DNA from: an uncultured delta proteobacterium
GTDB taxonomy: Bacteria; Myxococcota_A; Polyangia; Polyangiales; Houyiibacteriaceae
DNA length: 64,000 bases
Assembly: GCA_963699755.1 (NCBI GenBank)
Contig: CAVOVB010000005.1
Span: forward strand, 231,831 to 295,830
Direction: 5' to 3'
The notes under the pieces are model-generated. The model had not been told where the DNA came from and did not search any database. It worked only from the letters and a program-made list of their open reading frames with translations. Of this stretch, positions 29,460 to 39,454 are shown piece by piece. Position numbers and translations under genes: made by a program. The stretch's first letter is position 1. Every line of letters begins with the position of its first letter.

Positions 29460-32062
29460 GGGCTCACCTCGGAGCTGACTGGAGTCAAGCTTGCGTGAGA
29501 GGGAGGCCGCTCGATCCAGAACGGCAATGTGATCTTCTTGGTCGCGCGACGCCGATTGCCAAAGGCGTTGCGAACCTCGACGGTCGCTTCGACGATTGGC
29601 CTAGCGAACAGCCGCACGGGGCCGAGACGACCGCCCTTGCTCATGGGCAAGCGCAGCTCCTTCCCGCCGGTGACTGGGGCCTTGGAAGCCGGCTTGCGGA
29701 TCAGCAGGTCCGGACCGTCCACCCGAACCTCGAGACCCCGGTCCTTGGGCGACAGGTCCGCGGCGGAGGTGACCGATTCGATAGGGAGCGGCACCCAGTC
29801 TTCGCCCACATCGATTCTCCGTTCGACGCCTGAACCAGCATCGCTGAGGAACACGGCCGTGCCGCGGACGTCGTCTAGGGCATACTCGAAGCTCGTTTCA
29901 GGAGCCGGAGCCCAGTGGGTTTCGAACTCGCCGTCGGAGTTGGCGTCCCAGCGATACTCGTAGCCTAGCCCGGGCGGAGTCGTGAGCTCGACGCTGCTAC
30001 CCTGAAACGCAGCCTCGATGTGCGAGTGCGGGGCCCAAAAGAAGGCCAGCAGCGCGATGACGCCAACGATTATCACCGCGCCGTACAATTGGACGACGCC
30101 GTTCTGGAGTCGGACCAGGATACGACCCGCTTCACGAACGTTGAAGCTTGGAAGCTTCGTCATGATGGCGTCGACGAAAGTCATGTCCGCGTGGCCCGCA
30201 ACCGTGGCGACCTTTTTGATCGGGTTGACGATCGCTGTCGCGTAGAGCTCGTCCACCCGCCACTTGTCGAAGGCAAGCTGGAAGAGGCGCTTAGGCATCC
30301 ATTCTGCCAACGCATCGCGGCTCTTGTTGCGATAGAGGAGCCAGGCTGCGCTGATACCGATGGCCATCGCCCCGAAGGCGAGGCCCGATGCGAGATTCAC
30401 GATGTGCATCTCCTCGGGAACCGGCCGTCCGGCGACGGAGCTGTGCATCCAATGGCTCCACCAGCTGTGGAGATGCTCTCCGGTGATGGGCATCACGTGC
30501 GGGAGCCCGAGGAAGCCGGCGAATAGTGCGCCGATGGCGAGCACGACCAGCGGAATCGTCATGCTGGGCGGCGACTCGTGCGGATGTGCGTCGTAGGGAT
30601 GGCCACCCGACTGGTCGGCGCTCCGATACTCGCCGGTGAAGGTGAGGAAGTAGAGCCGGAACATGTAAAAGGCGGTCATGACGGCGGCCAAGGTCAAGCC
30701 GACGAGGGTGAACCAGCCGACGGCCTGTTGAAGCGCATCGTCGGGGCGGTAGATCTGGGCAGCCGCCCCGAGGAGGATCTCGTCTTTCGAGAAGAAGCCG
30801 CTGGTGAGCGGGAAGCCGGCGATTGCCAAGCAGCTCGCCAGGAAGGTCCAGCGCGTGATTGGCAAGACCTTCTTCAGGCCCCCGAGCTTGAAGATGTCGG
30901 CATCGCCATGGGCATGGACGGCATGCATGACCGAGCCAGCGCCGAGGAAGAGACAGGCCTTGAAAAAGGCGTGCGTGAAGACGTGGAAGAAGCCCGCCGC
31001 GAAGAAGCCGACGCCGACCGCGGCGAACATGAAGCCGAGCTGACTCACGGTCGAGTAGGCGAGGATCTTCTTCATCTCACGTTGGACCACTGCGATCGAT
31101 GCCGCCAGCAACGCCGTCAGTGTGCCGGTGACCGCGATGATGGCCATTGCTACGTCCGAGGTGACGAAAAGCGGGGACAAGCGGCAGCAGAGGTACACGC
31201 CGGCAGTCACCATCGTAGCGGCGTGGATGAGCGCGGAGACGGGTGTCGGGCCGGCCATGGCGTCCGGAAGCCAGATGTACAGCGGAATCTGAGCGCTCTT
31301 GCCAGTGCACCCGAGGAACAAGAAGACGCAAGCGACCGTGGCAACGCTCGGGGACACGCCAAAAATCGAAACCGGATAGTCATGCCGGAAATGGCCGGTC
31401 ATCGCGGCGTGGTTGATGTCTGCAAACTCGAAGGAGCCCGCCACGCTCAGCAAGACGAACATACCAATCAGGACGCCGAAGTCGCCAATGCGGTTGACGA
31501 CGAACGCCTTACGACCGGCGGCGGCATAGACGCGGTTCTCGTACCAGAAGCCGATCAAGAGGTACGAGCAGAGGCCGACGCCCTCCCAACCAACGAACAT
31601 GACCGGGACGCTGCTCGCGAGGACCAGAATCAACATCGAAGCCATGAAAAGGTTCAGAAAGCTCATGAATCGGGGGTAACCGTCGTCGTCACCCATGTAG
31701 CCGATGCTGTAGAGATGGATGAGGCCGCCAACGCCGGTCACCACGAGTGTCATGACGCCGCTCAACGAGTCCATCAGGAAACGGACGTCGACGGGAACGA
31801 CACTACGACCGGGGAGCTTCAGCGAGAACCATTCGTAGAATTGATATGTGAGCGCGGCGTGCTCGGTGCGGTCACTGAGGCCGTAGAGCTCGATGAATGC
31901 AGTGACGGCAAGCGCAAACGACACTGCCACCGAACCTACGCCAACGAGGGTGACCAGACCCTTGGGCATGTAGCGCCCGAGCAGGCCGTTGATGATCGCT
32001 CCGCCCAGAGGGAACAGGATGATCAGAAGGAGCAGAATCTGCTGACTGGCTTCGTCGTGCAT
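29456..32062 (-). CDS. nuoL: NADH-quinone oxidoreductase subunit L with C-terminal soluble extension
   Basis: WEGVG, KSAQIPL..WLPDAMAGPTPVSALIHAATMV and HAFFKA motifs; 868 aa. Confidence 0.95.
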   Translation of the reverse strand: MHDEASQQILLLLIILFPLGGAIINGLLGRYMPKGLVTLVGVGSVAVSFALAVTAFIELYGLSDRTEHAALTYQFYEWFSLKLPGRSVVPVDVRFLMDSLSGVMTLVVTGVGGLIHLYSIGYMGDDDGYPRFMSFLNLFMASMLILVLASSVPVMFVGWEGVGLCSYLLIGFWYENRVYAAAGRKAFVVNRIGDFGVLIGMFVLLSVAGSFEFADINHAAMTGHFRHDYPVSIFGVSPSVATVACVFLFLGCTGKSAQIPLYIWLPDAMAGPTPVSALIHAATMVTAGVYLCCRLSPLFVTSDVAMAIIAVTGTLTALLAASIAVVQREMKKILAYSTVSQLGFMFAAVGVGFFAAGFFHVFTHAFFKACLFLGAGSVMHAVHAHGDADIFKLGGLKKVLPITRWTFLASCLAIAGFPLTSGFFSKDEILLGAAAQIYRPDDALQQAVGWFTLVGLTLAAVMTAFYMFRLYFLTFTGEYRSADQSGGHPYDAHPHESPPSMTIPLVVLAIGALFAGFLGLPHVMPITGEHLHSWWSHWMHSSVAGRPVPEEMHIVNLASGLAFGAMAIGISAAWLLYRNKSRDALAEWMPKRLFQLAFDKWRVDELYATAIVNPIKKVATVAGHADMTFVDAIMTKLPSFNVREAGRILVRLQNGVVQLYGAVIIVGVIALLAFFWAPHSHIEAAFQGSSVELTTPPGLGYEYRWDANSDGEFETHWAPAPETSFEYALDDVRGTAVFLSDAGSGVERRIDVGEDWVPLPIESVTSAADLSPKDRGLEVRVDGPDLLIRKPASKAPVTGGKELRLPMSKGGRLGPVRLFARPIVEATVEVRNAFGNRRRATKKITLPFWIERPPSHASLTPVSSEVSP

Positions 32063-32066
32063 GGGT

Positions 32067-32369
32067 TCAATACTTCAGCAGGGTCGCGTCGTCGGTGTCG
32101 ATCGTCTTCTTGATGCGGTAGTACGCGATGAGAATCGCCAAGCCGACGGCCGCCTCGGCAGCCGCAACCGCGATGACAAAGAAGGCAAAGACCTGCCCGT
32201 CGTGGTTCCCTGGGTACACGCGATTGAAAGCAAGCAAGACGACGTTGACCGAGTTGAGCATCAGCTCGATCGACATCAGCTGGATCAGCATGTTGCGACG
32301 GGTCAAAAACCCAGTCGCGCCGATGCCAAACAAGACCGCGGCTAGCGCCAGATATGTGCCGATTCCCAT
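32067..32369 (-). CDS. nuoK: NADH-quinone oxidoreductase subunit K
   Basis: SIELMLN and AAAEAAVGLA motifs. Confidence 0.96.
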   Translation of the reverse strand: MGIGTYLALAAVLFGIGATGFLTRRNMLIQLMSIELMLNSVNVVLLAFNRVYPGNHDGQVFAFFVIAVAAAEAAVGLAILIAYYRIKKTIDTDDATLLKY

Positions 32370-32375
32370 CGCCTC

Positions 32376-32879
32376 TTACTCCGTGCGGCTCCGCGCGACC
32401 GCGATCGCGCCGATGATGGCTACCAGGAGCGTGATCGAAATCACCTCGAAGGGGACCAGGGCCTCGGTGTAGATCGCCGTGCCGAGCCCCTCGACCGTTC
32501 CGAAGTTCTCCGAGACGAGTCCCCAGGGGGCATCGAAGTATGCAACCGAGGTCGAAACAGCGAGGACGATGGCGACCGTCGCTGCAATGCTCAGGGCGCG
32601 GGAGGCCAGGCGCCCCTGAATGGCTTCCAGCTCCGAAGCCGGACCGATGAGCATGATGACAAAGACGAACAGGACGACGATCGCCCCGGCGTACACGAGG
32701 AGCTGAAGCGCTGCCAAGAGCTGCGCGTGGAGCGTGAGGAACATCCCTGCGAGCGAGACGATGTGAACGAGCAAACCAATCGCCGCTCGCAACGGACGTC
32801 GTGATGAAATCGTCGCCAGCCCACCGGCCATTGCCAGAATCGACGTGGTCACGAAAAGAATGGTCCCGGGATCGGTCAC
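32376..32879 (-). CDS. nuoJ: NADH-quinone oxidoreductase subunit J
   Basis: QLLVYAGAIVVLFVFVIML and PFEVIS motifs. Confidence 0.95.
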   Translation of the reverse strand: MTDPGTILFVTTSILAMAGGLATISSRRPLRAAIGLLVHIVSLAGMFLTLHAQLLAALQLLVYAGAIVVLFVFVIMLIGPASELEAIQGRLASRALSIAATVAIVLAVSTSVAYFDAPWGLVSENFGTVEGLGTAIYTEALVPFEVISITLLVAIIGAIAVARSRTE

Positions 32880-34252
32880 GCGCCCCCCTCGACCATGGCG
32901 CGCACACTAGCGTCGTGCCGAACACCGTCGAGAATACCATGCTTCGCCACCTCCATGAACTCCTCACGGAACTTCTGGACCATCCCGAGCATCGGCATGG
33001 CGGTGCCGTCGGCGAATGCACAAATCGTGTTGCCCATCATGTTGTTCGAGATGTCGACCAGAAGCTCGACATCCTCGGGTTTGCCACGGCCTGCGCAGAG
33101 GTTGTCGAGCACATCGACCAGCCAGCCGGTTCCTTCGCGGCAGGGCGTACACTGCCCGCAGGACTCGTGCTTGTAGAAGCGCATCAGGTTGCGGCAGGCC
33201 TCGACCATGTTGACCGTATCGTCCATGACGATGGCGCAGCAGGTTCCGAGCATCGTGCCGAGCGCGCGATAGGTATCGACGCCCATGGGCACGTCGATTT
33301 CGCTTTGGCCGTGCCATTTGTGCAATGGATGATTTTCGTCCGGGGCGTCCACCTTGCGTCGCGGATCGAGCACAGGTGTCGAAGAGCCACCCGGAATGAC
33401 CGCCTTGAGTGGCCGATCGCCCAGCATGCCGCCGGCGTAGTCGTAGATGAGCTCACGCATGGTGATTCCAACCGGCGCTTCGTAAAGACCCGGGTTGTTT
33501 ACGTGGCCACTGACGCCGTAGATCCGGGCGCCGCCATCCCCCGGAAGCCTGCTCAGCGAGGCCCAAGCCTCGCCACCCATTTGCACGATGTCGGGAACTG
33601 CAGCGATCGTCTCGACGTTGTTGACGATGGTCGGCATGCCAAACGCGCCTTTGACCGCTGGGAACGGTGGCTTCAGCCGTGGCTCGCCGCGACGCCCTTC
33701 GAGCGAGTTGAGGAGCGCGGTCTCCTCGCCGCAGATGTACGCACCGGCCCCGGAGTGCAGGTAGATATCGATCGCGTAGTCGATGCCAAACGGCCGCTCG
33801 CCCAGGTAGCCGGCCTCACGCGCTTCGGCGATCGCAACCTCCAGCCGCCTCCTGGAGAACGCGAGCTCGCCCCGCACGTAGATGTAGGCCACGTGCGCAT
33901 CGATGGCGAAACAGGAGATGATCGCCCCCTCGATGAGCCGATGGGGGTCCAAATCCATGATGCTTCGGTCTTTGAAGGTACCGGGCTCACTCTCGTCCGC
34001 GTTGACGACGAGATAGATCTCCTCGCCCTCCTGCTTGTTGAGGAAGCCCCATTTCACGCCGGCAGGGAAACCAGCGCCGCCGCGGCCGCGAATGTTGGCC
34101 ATCTTGACCTCTGCCCTGAGGTCTGCTGGCTTGCGGCTGGTCAGTGCTTGGCGCGCAACCTGGTACGCGCCGGCGCGCTCCGCATTGGCCAGCTTCCAGC
34201 TCTCCGCAATGCCGTACCGCGCCGTCAGCAAGGGCTTGGTGGGCAGGCTCAT
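32876..34252 (-). CDS. nuoF: NADH-quinone oxidoreductase subunit F
   Basis: GRGGAGF, NADESEPGTFKD, GAYICGEET, ESCGQCTPCREG and TICAF motifs. Confidence 0.97.
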   Translation of the reverse strand: MSLPTKPLLTARYGIAESWKLANAERAGAYQVARQALTSRKPADLRAEVKMANIRGRGGAGFPAGVKWGFLNKQEGEEIYLVVNADESEPGTFKDRSIMDLDPHRLIEGAIISCFAIDAHVAYIYVRGELAFSRRRLEVAIAEAREAGYLGERPFGIDYAIDIYLHSGAGAYICGEETALLNSLEGRRGEPRLKPPFPAVKGAFGMPTIVNNVETIAAVPDIVQMGGEAWASLSRLPGDGGARIYGVSGHVNNPGLYEAPVGITMRELIYDYAGGMLGDRPLKAVIPGGSSTPVLDPRRKVDAPDENHPLHKWHGQSEIDVPMGVDTYRALGTMLGTCCAIVMDDTVNMVEACRNLMRFYKHESCGQCTPCREGTGWLVDVLDNLCAGRGKPEDVELLVDISNNMMGNTICAFADGTAMPMLGMVQKFREEFMEVAKHGILDGVRHDASVRAMVEGGA

Positions 34253-34902
34253 GATTCGTCAGCTTTCTCATCCGCCGGGGGTGGGGGTTGCGAGGCGAGG
34301 CGGACGGCCTCCCTGCTCGGCGGCGGAGGCGCCGAGCTCACGCTGCCACCGCTGCGACCTCCACCATCAGTCGGCGCACGATAGCTTGCGAACGTGGAAA
34401 ACTCGGCAGCGGCGGCCTCTCCGCCTCTCGCGGCGTGTGCGTCGATGATGCGGTCGAGCAGCTCCAGATCGAGATTCTCGTAATAGTAGTCGTTGATCTG
34501 TACCATCGGGGCCTGACCACAGGCAGCCAGACACTCGGCCTTGAGCAGGGTGAACTTGCCGTCCGAGCTGGTGTGGCCGGCAGCGCAGCCGAGCTTGCTC
34601 TCGAGGCGCTCCTGAATCGCTTTGCCCCCGCGGAGGTCGCATGAAAGCGTCCGGCAGACCCAAACCACGTTTTCCCCGACCGGTTCGTCGAAGAACATCG
34701 TATAAAAGGTGACCACCCCTTCGACGATCGAAGTCGAGAGCTCCAGGCGCTTCGCGACGTATTCGACGACATCGGGGCTAACCCATCCGTTCTGTCGTTG
34801 GCAGAGCCACAGGACGGGCAAGAGCGCCGCTCGACGCTCGGGATAGCGGGTCAAAATATCGTCGACCTCTTGTTCGCGTTCCGGCGTAAGCGAAAAAGCC
34901 AT
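34249..34902 (-). CDS. nuoE: NADH-quinone oxidoreductase subunit E
   Basis: 2Fe-2S ligands in CRTLSC...CLAAC; FYTMF; low-complexity C-terminal tail. Confidence 0.95.
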   Translation of the reverse strand: MAFSLTPEREQEVDDILTRYPERRAALLPVLWLCQRQNGWVSPDVVEYVAKRLELSTSIVEGVVTFYTMFFDEPVGENVVWVCRTLSCDLRGGKAIQERLESKLGCAAGHTSSDGKFTLLKAECLAACGQAPMVQINDYYYENLDLELLDRIIDAHAARGGEAAAAEFSTFASYRAPTDGGGRSGGSVSSAPPPPSREAVRLASQPPPPADEKADES

Positions 34903-34958
34903 AGCAGGGCGACCGGACGCTAGGCCCGTGGGCCTCCGCTGTCAAGCTCGGCAGAACA

Positions 34959-35495
34959 GTGGTAACTCCCGCTCCGATGACGGAAGAGACCGCAGAGTCC
35001 CCTCCCCGAAATATCGGCCTCTGGCTCGGTTTCGGATGCCTCGGTGTCTTGGTCCTATCCTGCTGCCTCGTCACGTTTTGGGTGCAGTCCTATGGCCTGC
35101 GATTCATCCTCCGACAGGGCGAAGGCACTCAGATCTGGATCTCGCGAGTGGTGCTCGCCGGCGCCCTCGAGGGCGCGCGGAAGACCTGCGCAGACGGCAT
35201 GATCAGCGAGGACGCCCTGCCCTGGTTCCACCCGTCGATGCCCGCAGAGAGCCGAAACCTGGCCTGTGCGCTCGACGAAACAATGCTCCAGGCCCTCGCC
35301 GCGCCGGAGCAGGATTCGACCGTTCCGCTCTCGCGAACCGACCGCGCGGAGCTGGCGTCGGAGTTTGGCAAGGACCCAGCGCTGTGCTTCGAGCACAGCA
35401 CCGCTGACCTGATCGCAGTTGGATGCTTCGACACCGAAGGCCGCTCCGGTTCGATCCCCTATCAGATCATCGACTTGAGTCTGACTCGTCCGTGA
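34959..35495 (+). CDS. Hypothetical membrane-anchored Cys-containing protein
   Basis: N-terminal hydrophobic segment (GCLGVLVLSCC); fills the intergenic gap. Confidence 0.55.
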   Translation: MVTPAPMTEETAESPPRNIGLWLGFGCLGVLVLSCCLVTFWVQSYGLRFILRQGEGTQIWISRVVLAGALEGARKTCADGMISEDALPWFHPSMPAESRNLACALDETMLQALAAPEQDSTVPLSRTDRAELASEFGKDPALCFEHSTADLIAVGCFDTEGRSGSIPYQIIDLSLTRP

Positions 35496-36096
35496 CCTCG
35501 AGCGGCGTCCGGCGGTACGCGACAGTCAGTCCCGCGCTGCCCGGATACTCGAGCGACTGCAGCTGCAACATCACGCAGGGCTCCGACCCATCGACGGTCA
35601 CGCAATTGCTCAATCCTACGAACGTTCGGTTCTGGCGTAACCCGTGCCACTTCACGCCGACCGGCAGCTCGCTCTCCCGGGGATATCGAAGAAACGATAC
35701 GGATCCGTCCTTCTCCACGTAAAGAATTTCTGCCTGGAGCACGTTCGGGTCCTGCGAGAAAGTGAAGTCTAGCATCCTCCAGAAGACTTCTTCCCCGTGG
35801 TCGAGCTGCTCTTTGCTGATCACGGTCCCTGATGCACGCAAGCGCTCGAGGAGCGGCTTCAGCTCGTCCGGCAGCGACTCCTCGTCACCGTTCATGGCTG
35901 CCACGAGTAAACGCTTTCGTGCAACGTCGATGCGCAATTCAAGGAGCTTGAGCGTCCGCAAGCGCAAATCGGCGAAGCTCGCTAGGTAAGGCTGCGCGGC
36001 CCGCACCGCCTCGGCCCGTCCGGTGCAAGCTCCCAAAAGTGCGGTAGGTATCAGCATCCAAGCGCTGACCAGGACCCATCCAAAGCCGCGGCGCAT
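35467..36096 (-). CDS. Hypothetical lipoprotein
   Basis: MRRGFGW...LLGAC lipobox; divergent from mlaF. Confidence 0.6.
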   Translation of the reverse strand: MRRGFGWVLVSAWMLIPTALLGACTGRAEAVRAAQPYLASFADLRLRTLKLLELRIDVARKRLLVAAMNGDEESLPDELKPLLERLRASGTVISKEQLDHGEEVFWRMLDFTFSQDPNVLQAEILYVEKDGSVSFLRYPRESELPVGVKWHGLRQNRTFVGLSNCVTVDGSEPCVMLQLQSLEYPGSAGLTVAYRRTPLEVTDESDSSR

Positions 36097-36146
36097 GTTG
36101 CTTACAGTAGTCGACGATCCCGACAAGCCCAACTAAAGTTCGGCCG

Positions 36147-36920
36147 ATGGCGCTCATCGAATTCCGAGGGGTCAAGAAGGCGTTCGGGCCCAAGGTCGTG
36201 TATCGTGACCTGAACCTCCAGATCCGTGAGGGAGAAGTCATCACCATCATTGGCGGCTCTGGGCAGGGCAAGAGCGTCATGCTGAAAATGCTGATTGGTC
36301 TGCTGAGCGTCGATGGCGGCAGCATCCTGTTTCATGGTCAACAGATCTCCGGAATCAGCGAGGCCGAGTATGCTTCGGTCCGCCGGCGAGTTGCGATGCT
36401 CTTCCAAGCAAGCGCCCTTTTCGACTCGCTGAACACCAAAGAGAACGTGGCGTACGGATTGCGGGAGCAGCTCACCATGAGCGAAACACAGATCTCCGAA
36501 CGAGTCCGCGAGTCGTTGACCTACGTGGGGCTGCCGGGCACGGAGGAGACGTGGCCTGCGGACCTCTCTGCTGGAATGAAGAAGCGAGTCGCACTGGCCA
36601 GAGCGCTGGCGATCCGGCCCCAGGTCTTGCTGTATGACGAGCCGACGACCGGCCTCGATCCGATCAACGTGACCCGCATCGCCGACCTGATCGAATATCT
36701 GAACGATACCCTGGACGTGACATCGGTGGTGGTGACGCACGACATGGACACGGCGTTGGCGATCAGCGACCGCATCGCCATGATCCAGGGGGGCGTCGTG
36801 ATTTTCACGGGCACACCGGACGAGCTGCGGGCCTCGGATAACCCTCAGGTCCGCGACTTCATCGAGGGCAACGCTCCGGTCGACGAAGACACCGAAACTC
36901 TGCTAAGGAGTGCAGGGTAA
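36147..36920 (+). CDS. mlaF: MlaF/Mkl-type ABC ATPase
   Basis: GGSGQGKS, FQASALFDSL, LSAGMKKRVALAR and YDEPTTGLDP motifs. Confidence 0.88.
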   Translation: MALIEFRGVKKAFGPKVVYRDLNLQIREGEVITIIGGSGQGKSVMLKMLIGLLSVDGGSILFHGQQISGISEAEYASVRRRVAMLFQASALFDSLNTKENVAYGLREQLTMSETQISERVRESLTYVGLPGTEETWPADLSAGMKKRVALARALAIRPQVLLYDEPTTGLDPINVTRIADLIEYLNDTLDVTSVVVTHDMDTALAISDRIAMIQGGVVIFTGTPDELRASDNPQVRDFIEGNAPVDEDTETLLRSAG

Positions 36921-36940
36921 GGGGCTTCGTTGGGCAAGAG

Positions 36941-38068
36941 ATGAAGACGACCGCCGGCACTCGCCTTCGTGTAGGCATTTTCGTATTGGTCGCCTTGGTG
37001 ATCGGCGGGAGCATTGCCTTCGCAATCGGTGCACAGGAGAACCTCTTCTCGCCAAAGACGACGTACTACGCCATCTTCGCAGACGTGGGCGGCCTTCAGA
37101 AAGGCAACACGGTTCGGGTGGCCGGCGTGAACGTTGGTTCCGTCACCGACGTGACCATCGCCGAGTCGGGCAGAATCGAAGTCTACTTCCGCGTGATCGA
37201 CAAGGCGACACACCTGATCCGAGGTGAGCTAGGAAGCGCTCTGATCGGCGAAGGTCCGAAGCCGAGCTTCGCCGCGATCGGTAGCAAAGGCCTCCTCGGC
37301 GACCGAATCATCGAGATCTCGGTGGGCGCGGACGACTATCCCGAGTGGAATCCCGATGAGCCGATCCCAGTCTCGGTCGGCGGGGGCATCATGGCCTTGG
37401 CGGAACGCACCCTGGTTGAAGCTGAAGGAACGGCGCGCAACCTCCGGCTCGCGACGGACCCATTTTCCGACCAAGAGTTCTCGAACGATCTGAAAGCGAC
37501 AGCGCGCAATCTCGCCAAGGCCAGCGGCGCAATCGCCAACGGAGAGGGGACCATCGCGCGCTTGATGAACGACCCAGAGCTCGGGCGTGACGTGAAAGGC
37601 GCGGTGAAGGAGCTCCGCGCGGCTGGAAAGCAAGTCGCGGAGCTCGGCGAGAACCTCAACAAGATCACCGGAGACATCCAGACGAACGAAGGCACCGCGC
37701 ACGCCCTGATTTATGGGAAGGAAGGTGCGGACGCGATTCGCAACATCCGCGACACTTTCGGTCAATTGAACACGATTCTGACCGATGTTCGCGAGGGGGA
37801 CGGCGCGGTGAATCAGCTCATCTACGGCGAGCTAGGCGATTCTTTCATGGACAACCTCCAAAACGCCAGCGACGACATCGCCTTTCTCACCAAAGAGGCG
37901 CGCGAGGGCAAGGGCACCGTCGGCGCCTTGCTGACCGACCCCTCAATCTACGAAGACATCAAGCGCTTGGTTGGCGACCTGGAGCGCAACGACATTCTTC
38001 GGGCTCTGGTACGCTACTCGATCCGGCGCGATGAACCGCGCGAACCGATCGAGGTGGCCGAAGAGTAG
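36941..38068 (+). CDS. mlaD: MlaD/MCE family protein with long helical domain
   Basis: N-terminal [14 protein letters not shown] and GLLGD motifs; repeated GEGT helical segments. Confidence 0.85.
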   Translation: MKTTAGTRLRVGIFVLVALVIGGSIAFAIGAQENLFSPKTTYYAIFADVGGLQKGNTVRVAGVNVGSVTDVTIAESGRIEVYFRVIDKATHLIRGELGSALIGEGPKPSFAAIGSKGLLGDRIIEISVGADDYPEWNPDEPIPVSVGGGIMALAERTLVEAEGTARNLRLATDPFSDQEFSNDLKATARNLAKASGAIANGEGTIARLMNDPELGRDVKGAVKELRAAGKQVAELGENLNKITGDIQTNEGTAHALIYGKEGADAIRNIRDTFGQLNTILTDVREGDGAVNQLIYGELGDSFMDNLQNASDDIAFLTKEAREGKGTVGALLTDPSIYEDIKRLVGDLERNDILRALVRYSIRRDEPREPIEVAEE

Positions 38069-38072
38069 GACC

Positions 38073-38915
38073 ATGAGGGCATATCTCGATCTGCTGCGGA
38101 ACGTGCTTGAAAACGGGGCCACGCGCGAGGACCGTACTGGAACGGGTACACGAAGCCTCTTTGGCTATCAGCTGCGAGTCGACCTTCGTGATGGCTTTCC
38201 TCTTCTCACGACCAAGAAGGTCCATCTCAAGTCGATCATCCACGAGCTCCTGTGGTTCGTAAGCGGGCAAACCCATGTCAGTCACCTGCAAGAGGTCGGG
38301 GTTTCGATCTGGGACGAATGGGCAACCGCCGAGCAGACCGCACGCTTCGGCCGAAAGGAAGGAGACCTCGGCCCGGTGTACGGGCATCAATGGCGGAACT
38401 TCGGCGCAACCGAGCGAGCGGATGGCAGCTACGAAAGCGACGGCTTCGACCAACTGAGCTACGTGCTCGAACAGATCCGCGACAACCCAGACAGCCGGCG
38501 ATTGATTATCTCGGGCTGGAACCCATTGGAAGCCGAACGCGTCGCCCTCCCCCCTTGTCACACGCTTTTTCAGTTCTACGTGAGCGAAGGCCGGTTGAGC
38601 TGTCAGCTGTATCAGCGCAGCGCTGATGTCTTCTTGGGAGTGCCATTCAACATTGCCAGCTACGCGCTCCTGACCATGATGATCGCCTCGGTGTCCGATC
38701 TGGAGCCGGGTGATTTCATTCATACCTTCGGCGACGTCCATCTCTACAGCAATCACGTCGACCAAGCGCGGCTGCAGCTCTCCCGTCGACCTCGTCCTCT
38801 GCCGACGATGATCATCGACCCATCGGTGCGTAGCCTCTTCGATTTTCGCTACCAGCACTTCCAACTAAAGGACTACCTGCCGCACGCCGCCATCAAAGCC
38901 CCGGTGGCGGTGTGA
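38073..38915 (+). CDS. thyA: Thymidylate synthase
   Basis: DRTGTGT, LPPCH, YQRSAD and PFNIASY motifs. Confidence 0.97.
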   Translation: MRAYLDLLRNVLENGATREDRTGTGTRSLFGYQLRVDLRDGFPLLTTKKVHLKSIIHELLWFVSGQTHVSHLQEVGVSIWDEWATAEQTARFGRKEGDLGPVYGHQWRNFGATERADGSYESDGFDQLSYVLEQIRDNPDSRRLIISGWNPLEAERVALPPCHTLFQFYVSEGRLSCQLYQRSADVFLGVPFNIASYALLTMMIASVSDLEPGDFIHTFGDVHLYSNHVDQARLQLSRRPRPLPTMIIDPSVRSLFDFRYQHFQLKDYLPHAAIKAPVAV

Positions 38916-39424
38916 CCGATGCCCTTGCCACTCCGGCCCCGCTCGCGCTGATCGTAGCGGTGGCGCGCAATGGCGTCATCGGAAACGAAGGCGGGCTGCC
39001 TTGGCACGTTTCCGAAGATCTCGAGCACTTCAAGAGGACCACCAGCGGCCACGCGATCATCATGGGCCGGAAAACCTACGACTCGATCGGTCGCCCGCTG
39101 CCGAAGCGCCGCAACATCGTCGTGACCCGGCAGAGGGATGCAGAGTTCCCCGGCTGCGAACGAGCTACGAGCCTCGATGAAGCCATCGCCCTAGCCAGAA
39201 CCACCGATCCCTGCCCCTTCATCATCGGTGGCGCGAGCTTGTACGAAGAGGCACTGCCGATGGCGACGGAGCTGCATGTGACCACGATCGATGCAAACGT
39301 CCAGGGGGAGACGTATTTCCCGGGCGACTTCTCGGCGTTCGTAGAGGTCGAGTCTCGGAAAGGCAAAACCCCGGGCGTTACTTTTCGCCTGCTCAGACGA
39401 AAGTCACAGAACGCTGACCGATAA
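38912..39424 (+). CDS. folA: Dihydrofolate reductase
   Basis: LPWH..EDL, MGRKT, RPLPKR and IGG motifs; coupled to thyA (GTGA overlap). Confidence 0.95.
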   Translation: MTDALATPAPLALIVAVARNGVIGNEGGLPWHVSEDLEHFKRTTSGHAIIMGRKTYDSIGRPLPKRRNIVVTRQRDAEFPGCERATSLDEAIALARTTDPCPFIIGGASLYEEALPMATELHVTTIDANVQGETYFPGDFSAFVEVESRKGKTPGVTFRLLRRKSQNADR

Positions 39425-39454
39425 ACCGCGGGGACTGACACTGCCGCTGCCCGT

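Noticed and set aside
30578..34384. Long plus-strand ORFs (511 aa and 527 aa) opposite nuoL and nuoF
   Set aside because: Typical antisense open frames of high-GC coding DNA with no recognisable motifs. The same applies to 13275-14408, 15077-16408 and 51083-52333.
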